A stretch of 39,360 nt of DNA, taken from a virus. The stretch is from IMG/VR virus record IMGVR_UViG_3300005056_000010, one strand, 5' to 3'. This document shows, piece by piece, positions 24,133-32,564 of the stretch (its first letter is position 1; each line of letters opens with the position of its first letter). Under the pieces are notes generated by a model. That model was not told where the DNA came from. It worked only from the letters and a program-made list of their open reading frames with translations, and did not search any database. The position numbers and the translations under genes are program-made.

Positions 24133-24437
24133 AAAAGCTGCACTGGACCAACCCCATTCTCTCCGAGCTATCCGAGCTGGTGGACTCCGACGGCCGCGCC
24201 TACGCCTGCGTATCCGTCCGCGGCGGCATGTTCGGCGACGGCCCTCCAGTAGTGCTGGGCCTCGAAATCCAAGAGGGAGTCGCGGTGCCCTGCATCGAGT
24301 GGCGCGGCAACGCGGAGACTGCGCTTAATGAGTTGATTGCGAAGATTCAGGCGACGCGGTTTCGTCTGCGGAGCTCGCTCCGTGACTCGGTCCGCATTGC
24401 GGTCGCGTGCTTCGCGGGATTCGGTGGCGACTCATGA
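24129..24437 (+). CDS. Hypothetical protein (102 aa)
   Basis: ATGA overlaps on both sides. Confidence 0.5.
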   Translation: MKKLHWTNPILSELSELVDSDGRAYACVSVRGGMFGDGPPVVLGLEIQEGVAVPCIEWRGNAETALNELIAKIQATRFRLRSSLRDSVRIAVACFAGFGGDS

Positions 24438-24703
24438 ACTGGGGCGCAATGAAGGAGCAGAAGCGCGCTGCCACGGCCACAAAGCAGGCACGGGCACTCG
24501 ACACGCTTGCCGCGCTGGGCATCCCGGTAGCCGTCCTCAGCCTTGGATGCCTGAGCGTGGGGCGCCAGGGCCGCACCGCAAGCTTCTGGCCGAACAGGGC
24601 TCGGTGGGTGACCCATGGCAAGGGGCAGGAACAGGGGACGGGGCTTCAAGAGCTGATTGCGTGGCTCGGGACCAATTCGGCGTACGTGCCGAAGACCGCG
24701 TAA
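24434..24703 (+). CDS. Hypothetical protein (89 aa)
   Basis: The ATG at 24434 overlaps the upstream stop. It is the internal start of track ORF 24407..24703. Confidence 0.5.
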   Translation: MNWGAMKEQKRAATATKQARALDTLAALGIPVAVLSLGCLSVGRQGRTASFWPNRARWVTHGKGQEQGTGLQELIAWLGTNSAYVPKTA

Positions 24704-24742
24704 GCGGCTGATATGTAACACTATTACCGATTCGGTGGAATT

Positions 24743-24967
24743 ATGCCCATTACCAAGACCGTCCCAGATAGCCGCCAATGGTGCGCACCCAGCGACGTCG
24801 CCGCGTACAAGGAAGGAGTCCTTGAGTGGGCCAAGATCCCGGCGTGGTTCACCACCACCGAAAGCGACAGGTTCAAAGGCCTCGACAAAGACCGCACGCT
24901 CGTCATCATGACCCGAATACACCCCGATGACCTGGCCGCCCCTTGCTGCCCTTGGGTGGGCAAGTGA
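24743..24967 (+). CDS. Mini-ORF (74 aa) resembling the ATPase coupling region of a terminase large subunit
   Basis: WFTTTESDRFKGLDKDRTLVIMTRIHPDDLAA aligns with TerL WFTDTASTRFGDLKSASVCIVMQRIHVEDLSG (14/32 identical by eye). GGTGGA lies upstream of the ATG. Confidence 0.5.
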   Translation: MPITKTVPDSRQWCAPSDVAAYKEGVLEWAKIPAWFTTTESDRFKGLDKDRTLVIMTRIHPDDLAAPCCPWVGK

Positions 24968-25089
24968 GGATTCCCCCGCTAGCGACGGCGGTGTTCATCG
25001 GCGTGATTGGCTGGGGCAGTAACGACATACATGGCGCTTGGGCGGTCGCGACGATTCTGCTCGACATGTACTGGGTGGAGCACACATGA
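24964..25089 (+). CDS. Small membrane protein candidate (41 aa), absent from the ORF track
   Basis: GTGA overlap upstream, ATGA overlap downstream. Hydrophobic segment LATAVFIGVIGWG...AWAVATILL. Confidence 0.4.
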   Translation: MRIPPLATAVFIGVIGWGSNDIHGAWAVATILLDMYWVEHT

Positions 25090-25313
25090 ACCTCCATCGA
25101 GTTGCCTGCCCCAAGTGTGGCCGGGTCGTCACAGCCGAGGCGGTCCGGGGCGGGCGCTTCGTCCGGCTGGTGAGTCACATGTTCACGGTCATGGGCGAGC
25201 CGTGCTCGGGCGGGTTCTCCGACGTCGAGATAGGTGAGGTCATCACCCCTCCAAATCTCGCGCCCCTCAAAATCGCAATCCCGACTGAGTTCCACATCCT
25301 CAGGATGTTTTGA
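25086..25313 (+). CDS. Small protein (75 aa) with a CPKC motif
   Basis: It is the internal ATG of track ORF 25038..25313 and overlaps the upstream stop. Confidence 0.5.
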   Translation: MNLHRVACPKCGRVVTAEAVRGGRFVRLVSHMFTVMGEPCSGGFSDVEIGEVITPPNLAPLKIAIPTEFHILRMF

Positions 25314-25320
25314 ACGCGTG

Positions 25321-25367
25321 TGTATAATGGGGTTGTACAGTGTACAATCCTTTGTACAGCCCTGTAA
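25321..25367. promoter_or_regulatory. TATAAT box plus a cluster of TGTACA-type repeats upstream of the terminase genes
   Basis: TATAAT is at 25323-25328. TGTACA is at 25334, 25341 and 25353. TGTATA is at 25321 and TGTAAG at 25363. No acceptable -35 lies 17 nt upstream. Confidence 0.45.
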
Positions 25368-25394
25368 GGGTGCGCAACTAGGGAGGTTTTGAGC

Positions 25395-26102
25395 ATGAGT
25401 CGGCCGATGCTGGGTAACGATGTGCGGTTGCGCGCCCTCGACTTGTACGCAGTTGGACGGACCGAACCCGGCAAAAAGGTGGGCTACAGGGACGTCGCCA
25501 AGATGCTCCAAGACGAGTTCGGGCTGGACCGAAGCATCAGCCACGGGTCGATTCGAAACTGGGTTCTTGACCCCACGCTTCGGGACATCCGGGCACGCCG
25601 CCTCAAGAACGAAGAGGAGAAGGCGGAAGAGCTGGGGCAGCCGGCGCCCGAGCCCGTGGAGGCTCCGAAGCCCAAGGGTCGCAACAACCCGCTGACGCTG
25701 ACCGTCGCGAAGGTGGCTGGCAGTCTGGGCTGGACGCAGAAGGTTGAGGACGTGTTCGGCAGCGCGCTTCTAAGCGGAGTCTCAAAGCGCATCGCAGCCC
25801 ATGCCGCAGGGTTGACCGAGTCGGATATAGACAGTTGGATCGACGAAGCGAAGGCTGGCCGTGAGCCGTTCAAGTCCGCGCTACGCAGGGTTCGCAAGAC
25901 CGTGGCCGAGAGGGCGATCGAGGTCGCGCTGGCAGTGCAGGGCGGCCAGCTCGGGTATCAAGCTCGAATCAAGTACCTCGCCGCTGTCGACCCGGACAAC
26001 TGGTCGGACAAGCCGCGCAAGACTGAGTCCGAGCAAGACCGGGCGATGGGAATTACAGACGCCGCGTTGGACGAAATCATTGCTGCCGAGGTGGCATCTT
26101 GA
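25395..26102 (+). CDS. terS: Terminase small subunit
   Basis: N-terminal HTH-like region (VGYRDVAKMLQDEFGLDRSISHGSIRNWV). It sits immediately upstream of TerL and overlaps it. GGGAGG lies upstream of the ATG. Confidence 0.65.
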   Translation: MSRPMLGNDVRLRALDLYAVGRTEPGKKVGYRDVAKMLQDEFGLDRSISHGSIRNWVLDPTLRDIRARRLKNEEEKAEELGQPAPEPVEAPKPKGRNNPLTLTVAKVAGSLGWTQKVEDVFGSALLSGVSKRIAAHAAGLTESDIDSWIDEAKAGREPFKSALRRVRKTVAERAIEVALAVQGGQLGYQARIKYLAAVDPDNWSDKPRKTESEQDRAMGITDAALDEIIAAEVAS

Positions 26103-27661
26103 GTCAAGGGCTCAGTGTCCGGGCGGCCCGGGCCGAACGGGCGCGACGGGCGTGCTACAGAAGCCTGAAGTCGTACGCGTATCTCATTTGGCCCATCGTC
26201 AACCCTGACCGGAAGCTCGAGTGGTCTTGGCACATGGACGCGCTGTGCCTGCATTTAGAGGCGTGGCTCCGTGGGGACGTGCCGCGCCTCATGATTAACC
26301 TGCCTCCCGGCCACTCGAAGTCATTCCTGGTGTCCATAGCCGCCCCCACGTTTGCATGGCTGACCAAGCCATCGCTTCGATTCATCTGCGCATCGTACGG
26401 CATGGAGCTCGCCACCGACCTAAACGAGGCGCGGCGTCTTGTCCTCGACTCCGACGTCTATCGTGAGTACCTCAACCCAGGCTGGGAGCCGCAGGCGGGT
26501 CGGTGGCTCAAGACCTACTTCGTCAACAACAAGCGCGGGTATATGCGGGCGTCCTCGACTAAGACGGGCATCCTGGGCGGCCATGCGGACAAAATGATTA
26601 TCGATGACCCTCTGAGAGTAGAGGATATCTACGGGCCGCCGCTCAAGGGCCATGTGTCCTGGTTCACAGACACGGCATCCACACGATTCGGCGACCTGAA
26701 GTCAGCCAGCGTGTGCATTGTGATGCAGCGCATCCACGTCGAAGACCTGTCTGGATACCTTCTGGAGTTGGAGCCCGAACGATGGTGCCATTTATGCCTG
26801 CCGGCTGAGTTCGACCCGGAACGTAGATGCTCGACTGACCTGGGCTGGACTGATCCCCGCAAGGTCAAAGGCGAGCTTCTGTGCCCTGACCGCTTCCCGG
26901 ACGAAGTTCTAGCGCCACTCAAGGCCAAGTTCGGTTCGAACGGCGGCAAGGGCTGGTATTCGCAGTACCAGCAGGACCCAGCGAAGGGCTCAGGCCGCAT
27001 GTTCAACACCGCATGGTGGCAGGAATACGACGTACTGCCCGACAAGATAGACGCGTGGGTGGTGAGCATCGATGCGTCGTTCGGTGAGAAGAAAGACGCG
27101 AAGAGGGAGGACGACTTCAACGCGACCATGGTGGGGGCCCGGTGCGGCAACCGGCTGTACCTGGTCGACTGTCGACATGCCCGCGCCGAGTTCAACGAGT
27201 TCAAGGCGTTCTTGTTCGGCGAGCTTGTCGATGGCGGCGAGCGGCACGCCCGAGACGGGTTTGCGGACAAGTGGATTCAGGTCCCCACGTGGCTCGTTGA
27301 GCAAGCGGCTAACGGGGCGGCCACCGTGTCGGAACTGAAGCGAATGATGCCCCGCTCATGCTCAATACACAGCATCAACCCGACGGACTCAAAGCAAGCA
27401 CGGGCGGCCGTTACGGCGCCCTTGGTGGAGTCGGGCCACATCCTTGTTCCGAAGGGCGCGGCGTGGGTGAAGGACTTCATCGAAGAGGCCGGGAAGTTCC
27501 CCAACACCACACACAACGACCGAGTCGACGCGCTGACCCAGATGCGTGCACACTTCGGCGCGCTGCTAGGCATCAGCGCATTCAGGCCCGAAGTATCCAA
27601 GCCGCCCACCGAGGCCGCAGCTATGCACAGGCGCTGGGGCGGCATCGGTCAAGCCCGGTAG
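26099..27661 (+). CDS. terL: Terminase large subunit
   Basis: P-loop LPPGHSKS, Walker B KMIIDDPL, coupling motif VMQRIHVEDLSGYL. Nuclease-domain acidic residues (VVSIDASFG..., HNDRVDALTQM). TTGA overlap with terS. Confidence 0.85.
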   Translation: MSQGLSVRAARAERARRACYRSLKSYAYLIWPIVNPDRKLEWSWHMDALCLHLEAWLRGDVPRLMINLPPGHSKSFLVSIAAPTFAWLTKPSLRFICASYGMELATDLNEARRLVLDSDVYREYLNPGWEPQAGRWLKTYFVNNKRGYMRASSTKTGILGGHADKMIIDDPLRVEDIYGPPLKGHVSWFTDTASTRFGDLKSASVCIVMQRIHVEDLSGYLLELEPERWCHLCLPAEFDPERRCSTDLGWTDPRKVKGELLCPDRFPDEVLAPLKAKFGSNGGKGWYSQYQQDPAKGSGRMFNTAWWQEYDVLPDKIDAWVVSIDASFGEKKDAKREDDFNATMVGARCGNRLYLVDCRHARAEFNEFKAFLFGELVDGGERHARDGFADKWIQVPTWLVEQAANGAATVSELKRMMPRSCSIHSINPTDSKQARAAVTAPLVESGHILVPKGAAWVKDFIEEAGKFPNTTHNDRVDALTQMRAHFGALLGISAFRPEVSKPPTEAAAMHRRWGGIGQAR

Positions 27662-27726
27662 CCTCCAAATTGGGTGCACACGGAAATCGTTGACTTGCGC
27701 AACTAGTTAGCGGGTGCGTATGATGC

Positions 27727-29370
27727 GTGCGCATGAACGCACCTAGCCCCAAGTCGCTGCTCTCCCGCCTCTGGTCCGCGATTCGGAATGAGCCCAAGGT
27801 CATGCAGCTGCCCGGCCCGCGCCAGGCGCTCGCGTACGGCTCCACAGGCTTCCCGGGCGCAGGCGGCTACGGCCCGCCCACAACGCCCACGCTCACAAGC
27901 GCAGGATACGCCCGTTCGTCTGCCACTGGCACGCGGTTCTCTGGCGGCATCATCACCGGCATCGAGACCAACCCGGACCTCACAGGCCGGCAGTGGTCCC
28001 GCGTCGCTCGCGAAATGCAGCGCACTGACCCGGTCATCCGCATTTGCGTCGAGGGGTATCTGCAGACCGTCCGTTCCGCAACGTGGAAGTGGGAAGCTGG
28101 CGAGGACTCACCACAAGGCCGGTTCTACCGTGACTTCTTCACCGACATGTGGGGACGCATGCGGTACGGGTGGCAGGACCAGCAACTCAGCTACCTTGCT
28201 CGATACGCACTCACCGGCTTTCGGTACGCCGAGCAGATCGACGTGGTTCGCCGCGGTATCGATGGCGAGTTGCGAACGATGGTCGACTTCTTTGCAGACT
28301 GCGAGCCCGAGTCTCATTGGCTTTGGGTCGCGCCTGACGGCGGTCGCACCCTGACGGCGGTCGAGCAGATAGACGAGTCCAGCTACCCAGGCTCAGGCGG
28401 CATCGACGTCCACGGCAACCCAGTCTCGACATCGACCACCCCTCGCACTGAGGCCAATCGGCTGCTTTTGCTGATTCATGGCTTCACTGGATCCAACTGG
28501 GGTGGCGACGGTGGCCTTCTGCGCCCCATATACGGCGCGTGGAAAGACAAGAGCGACGCCGCGAACATCCAGGCTGCAGCATTGCGCCGGTTCGGCATGC
28601 CAACGCCACACGTCAAAACGAACCAAATGGGCATGGCCGAAGCTGGCTACACCCCAGACCAGATAAAGCTTGCGCGTGAGGCAGCGGCCGGATCGGCCCG
28701 CATATGGAAAGCGGGCGGCGAGACCTTCATTGAGTCCGACTCAAACATCGAGTTCGACTTCATCGGTGGAGAGTTCGACGCCAGCAACTTCAACGACACG
28801 ATTCGCCAGCGCAACGACGAAATCGTCATGGGCATGCTTCAGCCGTTCCTCGGCATGGGCACCGGCGACTCAACCGGTTCTCGCGCCCTATCCACACAGT
28901 CTTCCACACACTTCGCCGTGTGGGTCACGAACGTGCTCGACAACATCGCGAGTTCAATCAACGGCGAGGACCGCGCCGGCGGCGGCATGGTCGGCCGAAT
29001 CATGGCCTCTAATGGATGGAACGTCCCTGACTCCATGTTCCCACGGCTGGTCCATACCGGCCTCAAGACCGACGACTTCAACGAGTTGGCTGGGATGATA
29101 GCCTCGTGGAAGGCGACCGGACTGCTGCGGTCTGAAGCCCTGACTCGGGCCATGGCGACGCGCATGGATATCGACCTAACGCCTGATGACGTCAAGGCAA
29201 TCGCTGAAGACACTGGCGACCCGCTTGAGAACGTCAGCATCCAGGGCAGCCGAAAGCAAGACAACCCACCGGCCCAGCCAGCAGGCGCGGCCGGTCCAGG
29301 TCGCCCAGGTCTCGAAGGCGGCGCAGAGAATCCGACACCTGACCGCAAGCCCCGAACGGAGAGCGTGTGA
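27727..29370 (+). CDS. Portal protein
   Basis: 547 aa, located between TerL and the prohead protease. Start is GTG 27727 or ATG 27733. Assigned mainly by order and size. Confidence 0.65.
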   Translation: MRMNAPSPKSLLSRLWSAIRNEPKVMQLPGPRQALAYGSTGFPGAGGYGPPTTPTLTSAGYARSSATGTRFSGGIITGIETNPDLTGRQWSRVAREMQRTDPVIRICVEGYLQTVRSATWKWEAGEDSPQGRFYRDFFTDMWGRMRYGWQDQQLSYLARYALTGFRYAEQIDVVRRGIDGELRTMVDFFADCEPESHWLWVAPDGGRTLTAVEQIDESSYPGSGGIDVHGNPVSTSTTPRTEANRLLLLIHGFTGSNWGGDGGLLRPIYGAWKDKSDAANIQAAALRRFGMPTPHVKTNQMGMAEAGYTPDQIKLAREAAAGSARIWKAGGETFIESDSNIEFDFIGGEFDASNFNDTIRQRNDEIVMGMLQPFLGMGTGDSTGSRALSTQSSTHFAVWVTNVLDNIASSINGEDRAGGGMVGRIMASNGWNVPDSMFPRLVHTGLKTDDFNELAGMIASWKATGLLRSEALTRAMATRMDIDLTPDDVKAIAEDTGDPLENVSIQGSRKQDNPPAQPAGAAGPGRPGLEGGAENPTPDRKPRTESV

Positions 29371-30872
29371 TTTCCAACTGGGCCATTGACCCGGCGTGGG
29401 CCCCTCGCATTGCCGAGGCGTACGCGCTTCAAGCGGGCGGTATTCCGACTCCGAAGCCAAAGCAGATTGCGAACATCGTCGGCGACACAATGGTCATCGA
29501 CGTCATGGGGCTTCTGATGCCCTCCCCAGGTACGGGGCTGCTGGCGCTGCTTGGAGCGGGTGGGTCAACCTACTCGGCTATCGGCTCCGCTGTGACGATG
29601 GCTGATAACAGCGACGCGATTAAGAGCGTGCGTTTCCACGTCGACAGCCCAGGCGGGGCAGTGACCGGTGTCCGCGAACTGGCCGCCCTCATTGCTGCAT
29701 GCTCAAAGCCCACCCTTGCCGTCGTGTCTGGCAACTGCTGCTCGGCCGCTATCTGGCTGGCTGCTGCTGCTGACCGCATCGTAGCGGCCCATACTGCTGT
29801 CATCGGCTGCGTGGGCGTCATGCGCATCGTTGAAGGCGACATGACCAAGACGCCGCACGGTTCTCCGCTGCGTCGCTTTGTGTCGTCCCAGACTCCAGAC
29901 AAGTCGGCAGGCCCTGACGATGAAGGTGCCAGCCAGTACCAAGCGGTCGTAGATGACTTCGCCGGCCAGTTCCTTGACGACCTGGCTAGGTTCCGAGGCG
30001 TGGACCGGTCGAAGGTCGCTGAGCAGTACGGAAAGGGCGCCATTCTCCCCGCTCGTGATGCACTCAAGCGGGGAATCATCGACGGGCTCACCGGCCCTGA
30101 CTCCACAGCTTCAACAGACCCGGCAGCTAGCCGGACGGAAGGGGCAATCATGCCTATGCCAAACCCGGCCGAACTGTCCCGGGAGGAACTCGAAGAGTTC
30201 TACAACAAGAACTATGAGCGGGTCGAAGAGCCCGAGGACGAAGCCCTACACGGCGACGACGAAGAGGAAGACGAAATGGCCGCAGACCTGCCAGCGACCG
30301 GCGACAAAGAAGCTGAAGACCGCATCAAGGACAACCTACCGGCCGACCAAGCTGTCGCTCGTGATACCGAGTTGCGCAAGCTCAAGCGTCAGTTGCAGTC
30401 TGCCCAGTCTCAGTTGCAGACTCAGGCACTCCACACGCAGGCGGCGCAGGCGGGGGAACGCAAGCTCCGCATCGACGCGCTGATTGAGTCTGGTCGTATC
30501 GGAACCGACGACGCAGCCCGTGCAACCGCCGAGTATCTCTACGATGCCGAGCAGACGGCGACAGTCGCCTACGCCCGAGAGAACGACTGCGACCTTGCGG
30601 CAGCGGCTGGTGCCCAGGGCGCCTTCACCCTCTTCAGCGACATGGAAGGCCGTGCCGCTGGCTACGCAAACCGTGGTATGCGGTCGACCTCCATCGGCGG
30701 TCAGACTTCGACCGGCCAGCTCGACAGCACGCTGGCGACGGCGAAGGGCTTCAGCACGTGGTGTGACAAGTACTGCGCTGACAACGGCGTGAACTTCTCG
30801 GTTGCATCGGACGCGTTCCAGAACCAGCACCCCGACGAGTTTCGGGCCGTGCGTCTCAACGGGAGGGGCTGA
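29367..30872 (+). CDS. Prohead protease (S49/SppA-ClpP-like) fused to a scaffold-like coiled-coil C-terminal half
   Basis: VRFHVDSPGGAV and SGNCCSAAIWLAAAADRIVA match the S49 pattern. The C-terminal half is acidic, then Q/L-rich coiled coil (LRKLKRQLQSAQSQLQTQ). Confidence 0.75.
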   Translation: MISNWAIDPAWAPRIAEAYALQAGGIPTPKPKQIANIVGDTMVIDVMGLLMPSPGTGLLALLGAGGSTYSAIGSAVTMADNSDAIKSVRFHVDSPGGAVTGVRELAALIAACSKPTLAVVSGNCCSAAIWLAAAADRIVAAHTAVIGCVGVMRIVEGDMTKTPHGSPLRRFVSSQTPDKSAGPDDEGASQYQAVVDDFAGQFLDDLARFRGVDRSKVAEQYGKGAILPARDALKRGIIDGLTGPDSTASTDPAASRTEGAIMPMPNPAELSREELEEFYNKNYERVEEPEDEALHGDDEEEDEMAADLPATGDKEAEDRIKDNLPADQAVARDTELRKLKRQLQSAQSQLQTQALHTQAAQAGERKLRIDALIESGRIGTDDAARATAEYLYDAEQTATVAYARENDCDLAAAAGAQGAFTLFSDMEGRAAGYANRGMRSTSIGGQTSTGQLDSTLATAKGFSTWCDKYCADNGVNFSVASDAFQNQHPDEFRAVRLNGRG

Positions 30873-30874
30873 AC

Positions 30875-31270
30875 ATGAGTTTTCCAATTGCAGACTTGAG
30901 CATTTCGCTCCGAACTGATGCCGTCGCACTCGGCGAGTTCATTGCTGTTGACATCGACGCAAACGGACAGGTCGGCGTTGCCGTCGCAGGCGCCGCGATG
31001 GACGGCATCTTCCAAGAGGGTGGAGCAGCCGGCGTTAACCAGGCTGGCCAACTTGTTTTTGCCGGCAAGTCGAAAGCCATCGCTGGCGCGGCACTGACTG
31101 CGGGCACCAGCCGGGCGCTCATGGTCGGCACCACCGGCCGACTCATCGCCTATGTGGCTGCAGCCGCAAACGTGCACGTTGCCAACTGGCTGCCCGATGA
31201 GGACTCCCTCACCGCTGCGGCAAATGACCAAATCCGCGTTGCCCTCGTTGGCAGCCCGCTGGACCGGTAA
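30875..31270 (+). CDS. Head decoration-like protein (DUF2190-like)
   Basis: 131 aa, Gly/Ala/Val-rich, located between the protease-scaffold and major capsid genes. Confidence 0.5.
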   Translation: MSFPIADLSISLRTDAVALGEFIAVDIDANGQVGVAVAGAAMDGIFQEGGAAGVNQAGQLVFAGKSKAIAGAALTAGTSRALMVGTTGRLIAYVAAAANVHVANWLPDEDSLTAAANDQIRVALVGSPLDR

Positions 31271-31280
31271 GGACTGACAT

Positions 31281-32333
31281 ATGAGCACTTTCGCAGGACA
31301 GCGGGTCGTTGACCCAATTCTCACACGCATCGTTGCTGAAGGTATGGACCAGCCGTATCTGGTCGACCAGGGCGTTTACTCGCTCGTGAAGGTCGACCAG
31401 ATGACGGGTACGTTCCTGTCTGACGACCCCCGTGCATACAACAGTTTCACCGGCGACATCGTTCGTGCCCGTGGTGCGCCCCGTTCGACCGGGTTTGCCA
31501 AGAACCCAATCTCGGGCATCTTCACAGCTGAAGAGTTCGCGCACGAGATTGCGATTGACCTCAACCAGGACCGGAAGATTGACCAGATTCTCGACCTTGA
31601 GCAGCGTCGTGCTGCGCAGGCCGCCCGGGTGGTTAAACTGAAGGCTGAGCTTAGGCTCCGTGACAGCGTCTTCGATTCCGGCTTCTGGCCCGGGTCAACC
31701 ACGGGCGCCCTGCCAGGGGGCAGCACTCAGACCTGGGACAATCCCAGCGGCACCCCCTTCGCAGACATGAATGTCATCTTCAACAACATCTTCCACCTGC
31801 AGGCATTTGGCGAGCGTGTGAACACGATCGTCATGGGCCAGAACGTGGCGACGGCGTTGAATGCTAGCCCTGAAGTTCGAGGGTACCTGCCCGGGCTTGG
31901 CACGACATCCGGCGTCGGTTCTCGAATCCTGAGCGCCAACGACGAGTTCGGAGAGTTGCGACTGCTCATTGGGCAGCACCTCGGCATCGACCCCAATCGG
32001 GTGTTCATCGGCGGCTACGTCCAGGACACCGCGAACCCAGGTCAGGCGACTGCAGTCAAGGGCCTCGTCTGGGATGGCAGCACCATCGCAGGCGGAATCT
32101 CAGACGGCGGCGTATGGTTCGGCCGTGTCGACCCGAAGCAATACAGCGCAAGCGCGGGCACTGTCCCGTATCTCGCGCCCACCGCTGCGGCCGACTTCTC
32201 GCCGATGCCTTTCGAGGTTGGTGCGTACCAGACGGACGACAAGTTGTTCCACGTGCCTTTTGCCCAGCAACAGAACGCGTACACCCAGGTCAACTCTGAC
32301 CTCGGGTTCCTGCTTCGCGACGTGCTGGCCTGA
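31281..32333 (+). CDS. Major capsid protein
   Basis: 350 aa, directly after the protease/scaffold and decoration-like genes. Assigned by order and size. Confidence 0.7.
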   Translation: MSTFAGQRVVDPILTRIVAEGMDQPYLVDQGVYSLVKVDQMTGTFLSDDPRAYNSFTGDIVRARGAPRSTGFAKNPISGIFTAEEFAHEIAIDLNQDRKIDQILDLEQRRAAQAARVVKLKAELRLRDSVFDSGFWPGSTTGALPGGSTQTWDNPSGTPFADMNVIFNNIFHLQAFGERVNTIVMGQNVATALNASPEVRGYLPGLGTTSGVGSRILSANDEFGELRLLIGQHLGIDPNRVFIGGYVQDTANPGQATAVKGLVWDGSTIAGGISDGGVWFGRVDPKQYSASAGTVPYLAPTAAADFSPMPFEVGAYQTDDKLFHVPFAQQQNAYTQVNSDLGFLLRDVLA

Positions 32334-32345
32334 TAGGAGGTTTCG

Positions 32346-32564
32346 ATGGCTCGCTACAAATTCGCACCTGCGAACCTTCGCGACTTGGTCGGATGCCCGA
32401 CCCCGAAAGGGGTCAGAGGTGGTCGAGCCATGAAGCCGGGTATCGTCGAAATTGCTGATTTCGACGGCCTCGCAGAGGCAATCAAGGCAATCAACGCCGG
32501 CACTGCTGGCATCGACGGCAAGCCCTGCTTGTCAAAGCTGCGAAAGTCCAAAGGGAAGGACTAA
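32346..32564 (+). CDS. Hypothetical small protein (72 aa)
   Basis: AGGAGG lies upstream of the ATG. Located in the head module. Confidence 0.5.
   Translation: MARYKFAPANLRDLVGCPTPKGVRGGRAMKPGIVEIADFDGLAEAIKAINAGTAGIDGKPCLSKLRKSKGKD

Noticed and set aside
22700-24640. A shared pattern (Y/F)W....W....G.G...LI.(Y/W) between the products of 22437..23033 (ADYWTGSAVWRLRDGHKGLGVESLIVYV) and 24434..24703 (SFWPNRARWVTHGKGQEQGTGLQELIAWL), considered as evidence of paralogy.
   Set aside because: The similarity is short, needs a gap and could be chance. It needs a profile comparison before anything can be claimed.
27690-27726. TTGACT followed by TATGAT upstream of the portal gene, considered as a promoter.
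   Set aside because: The spacer is about 23 nt, too long for a sigma70-type promoter. It probably has no promoter function.
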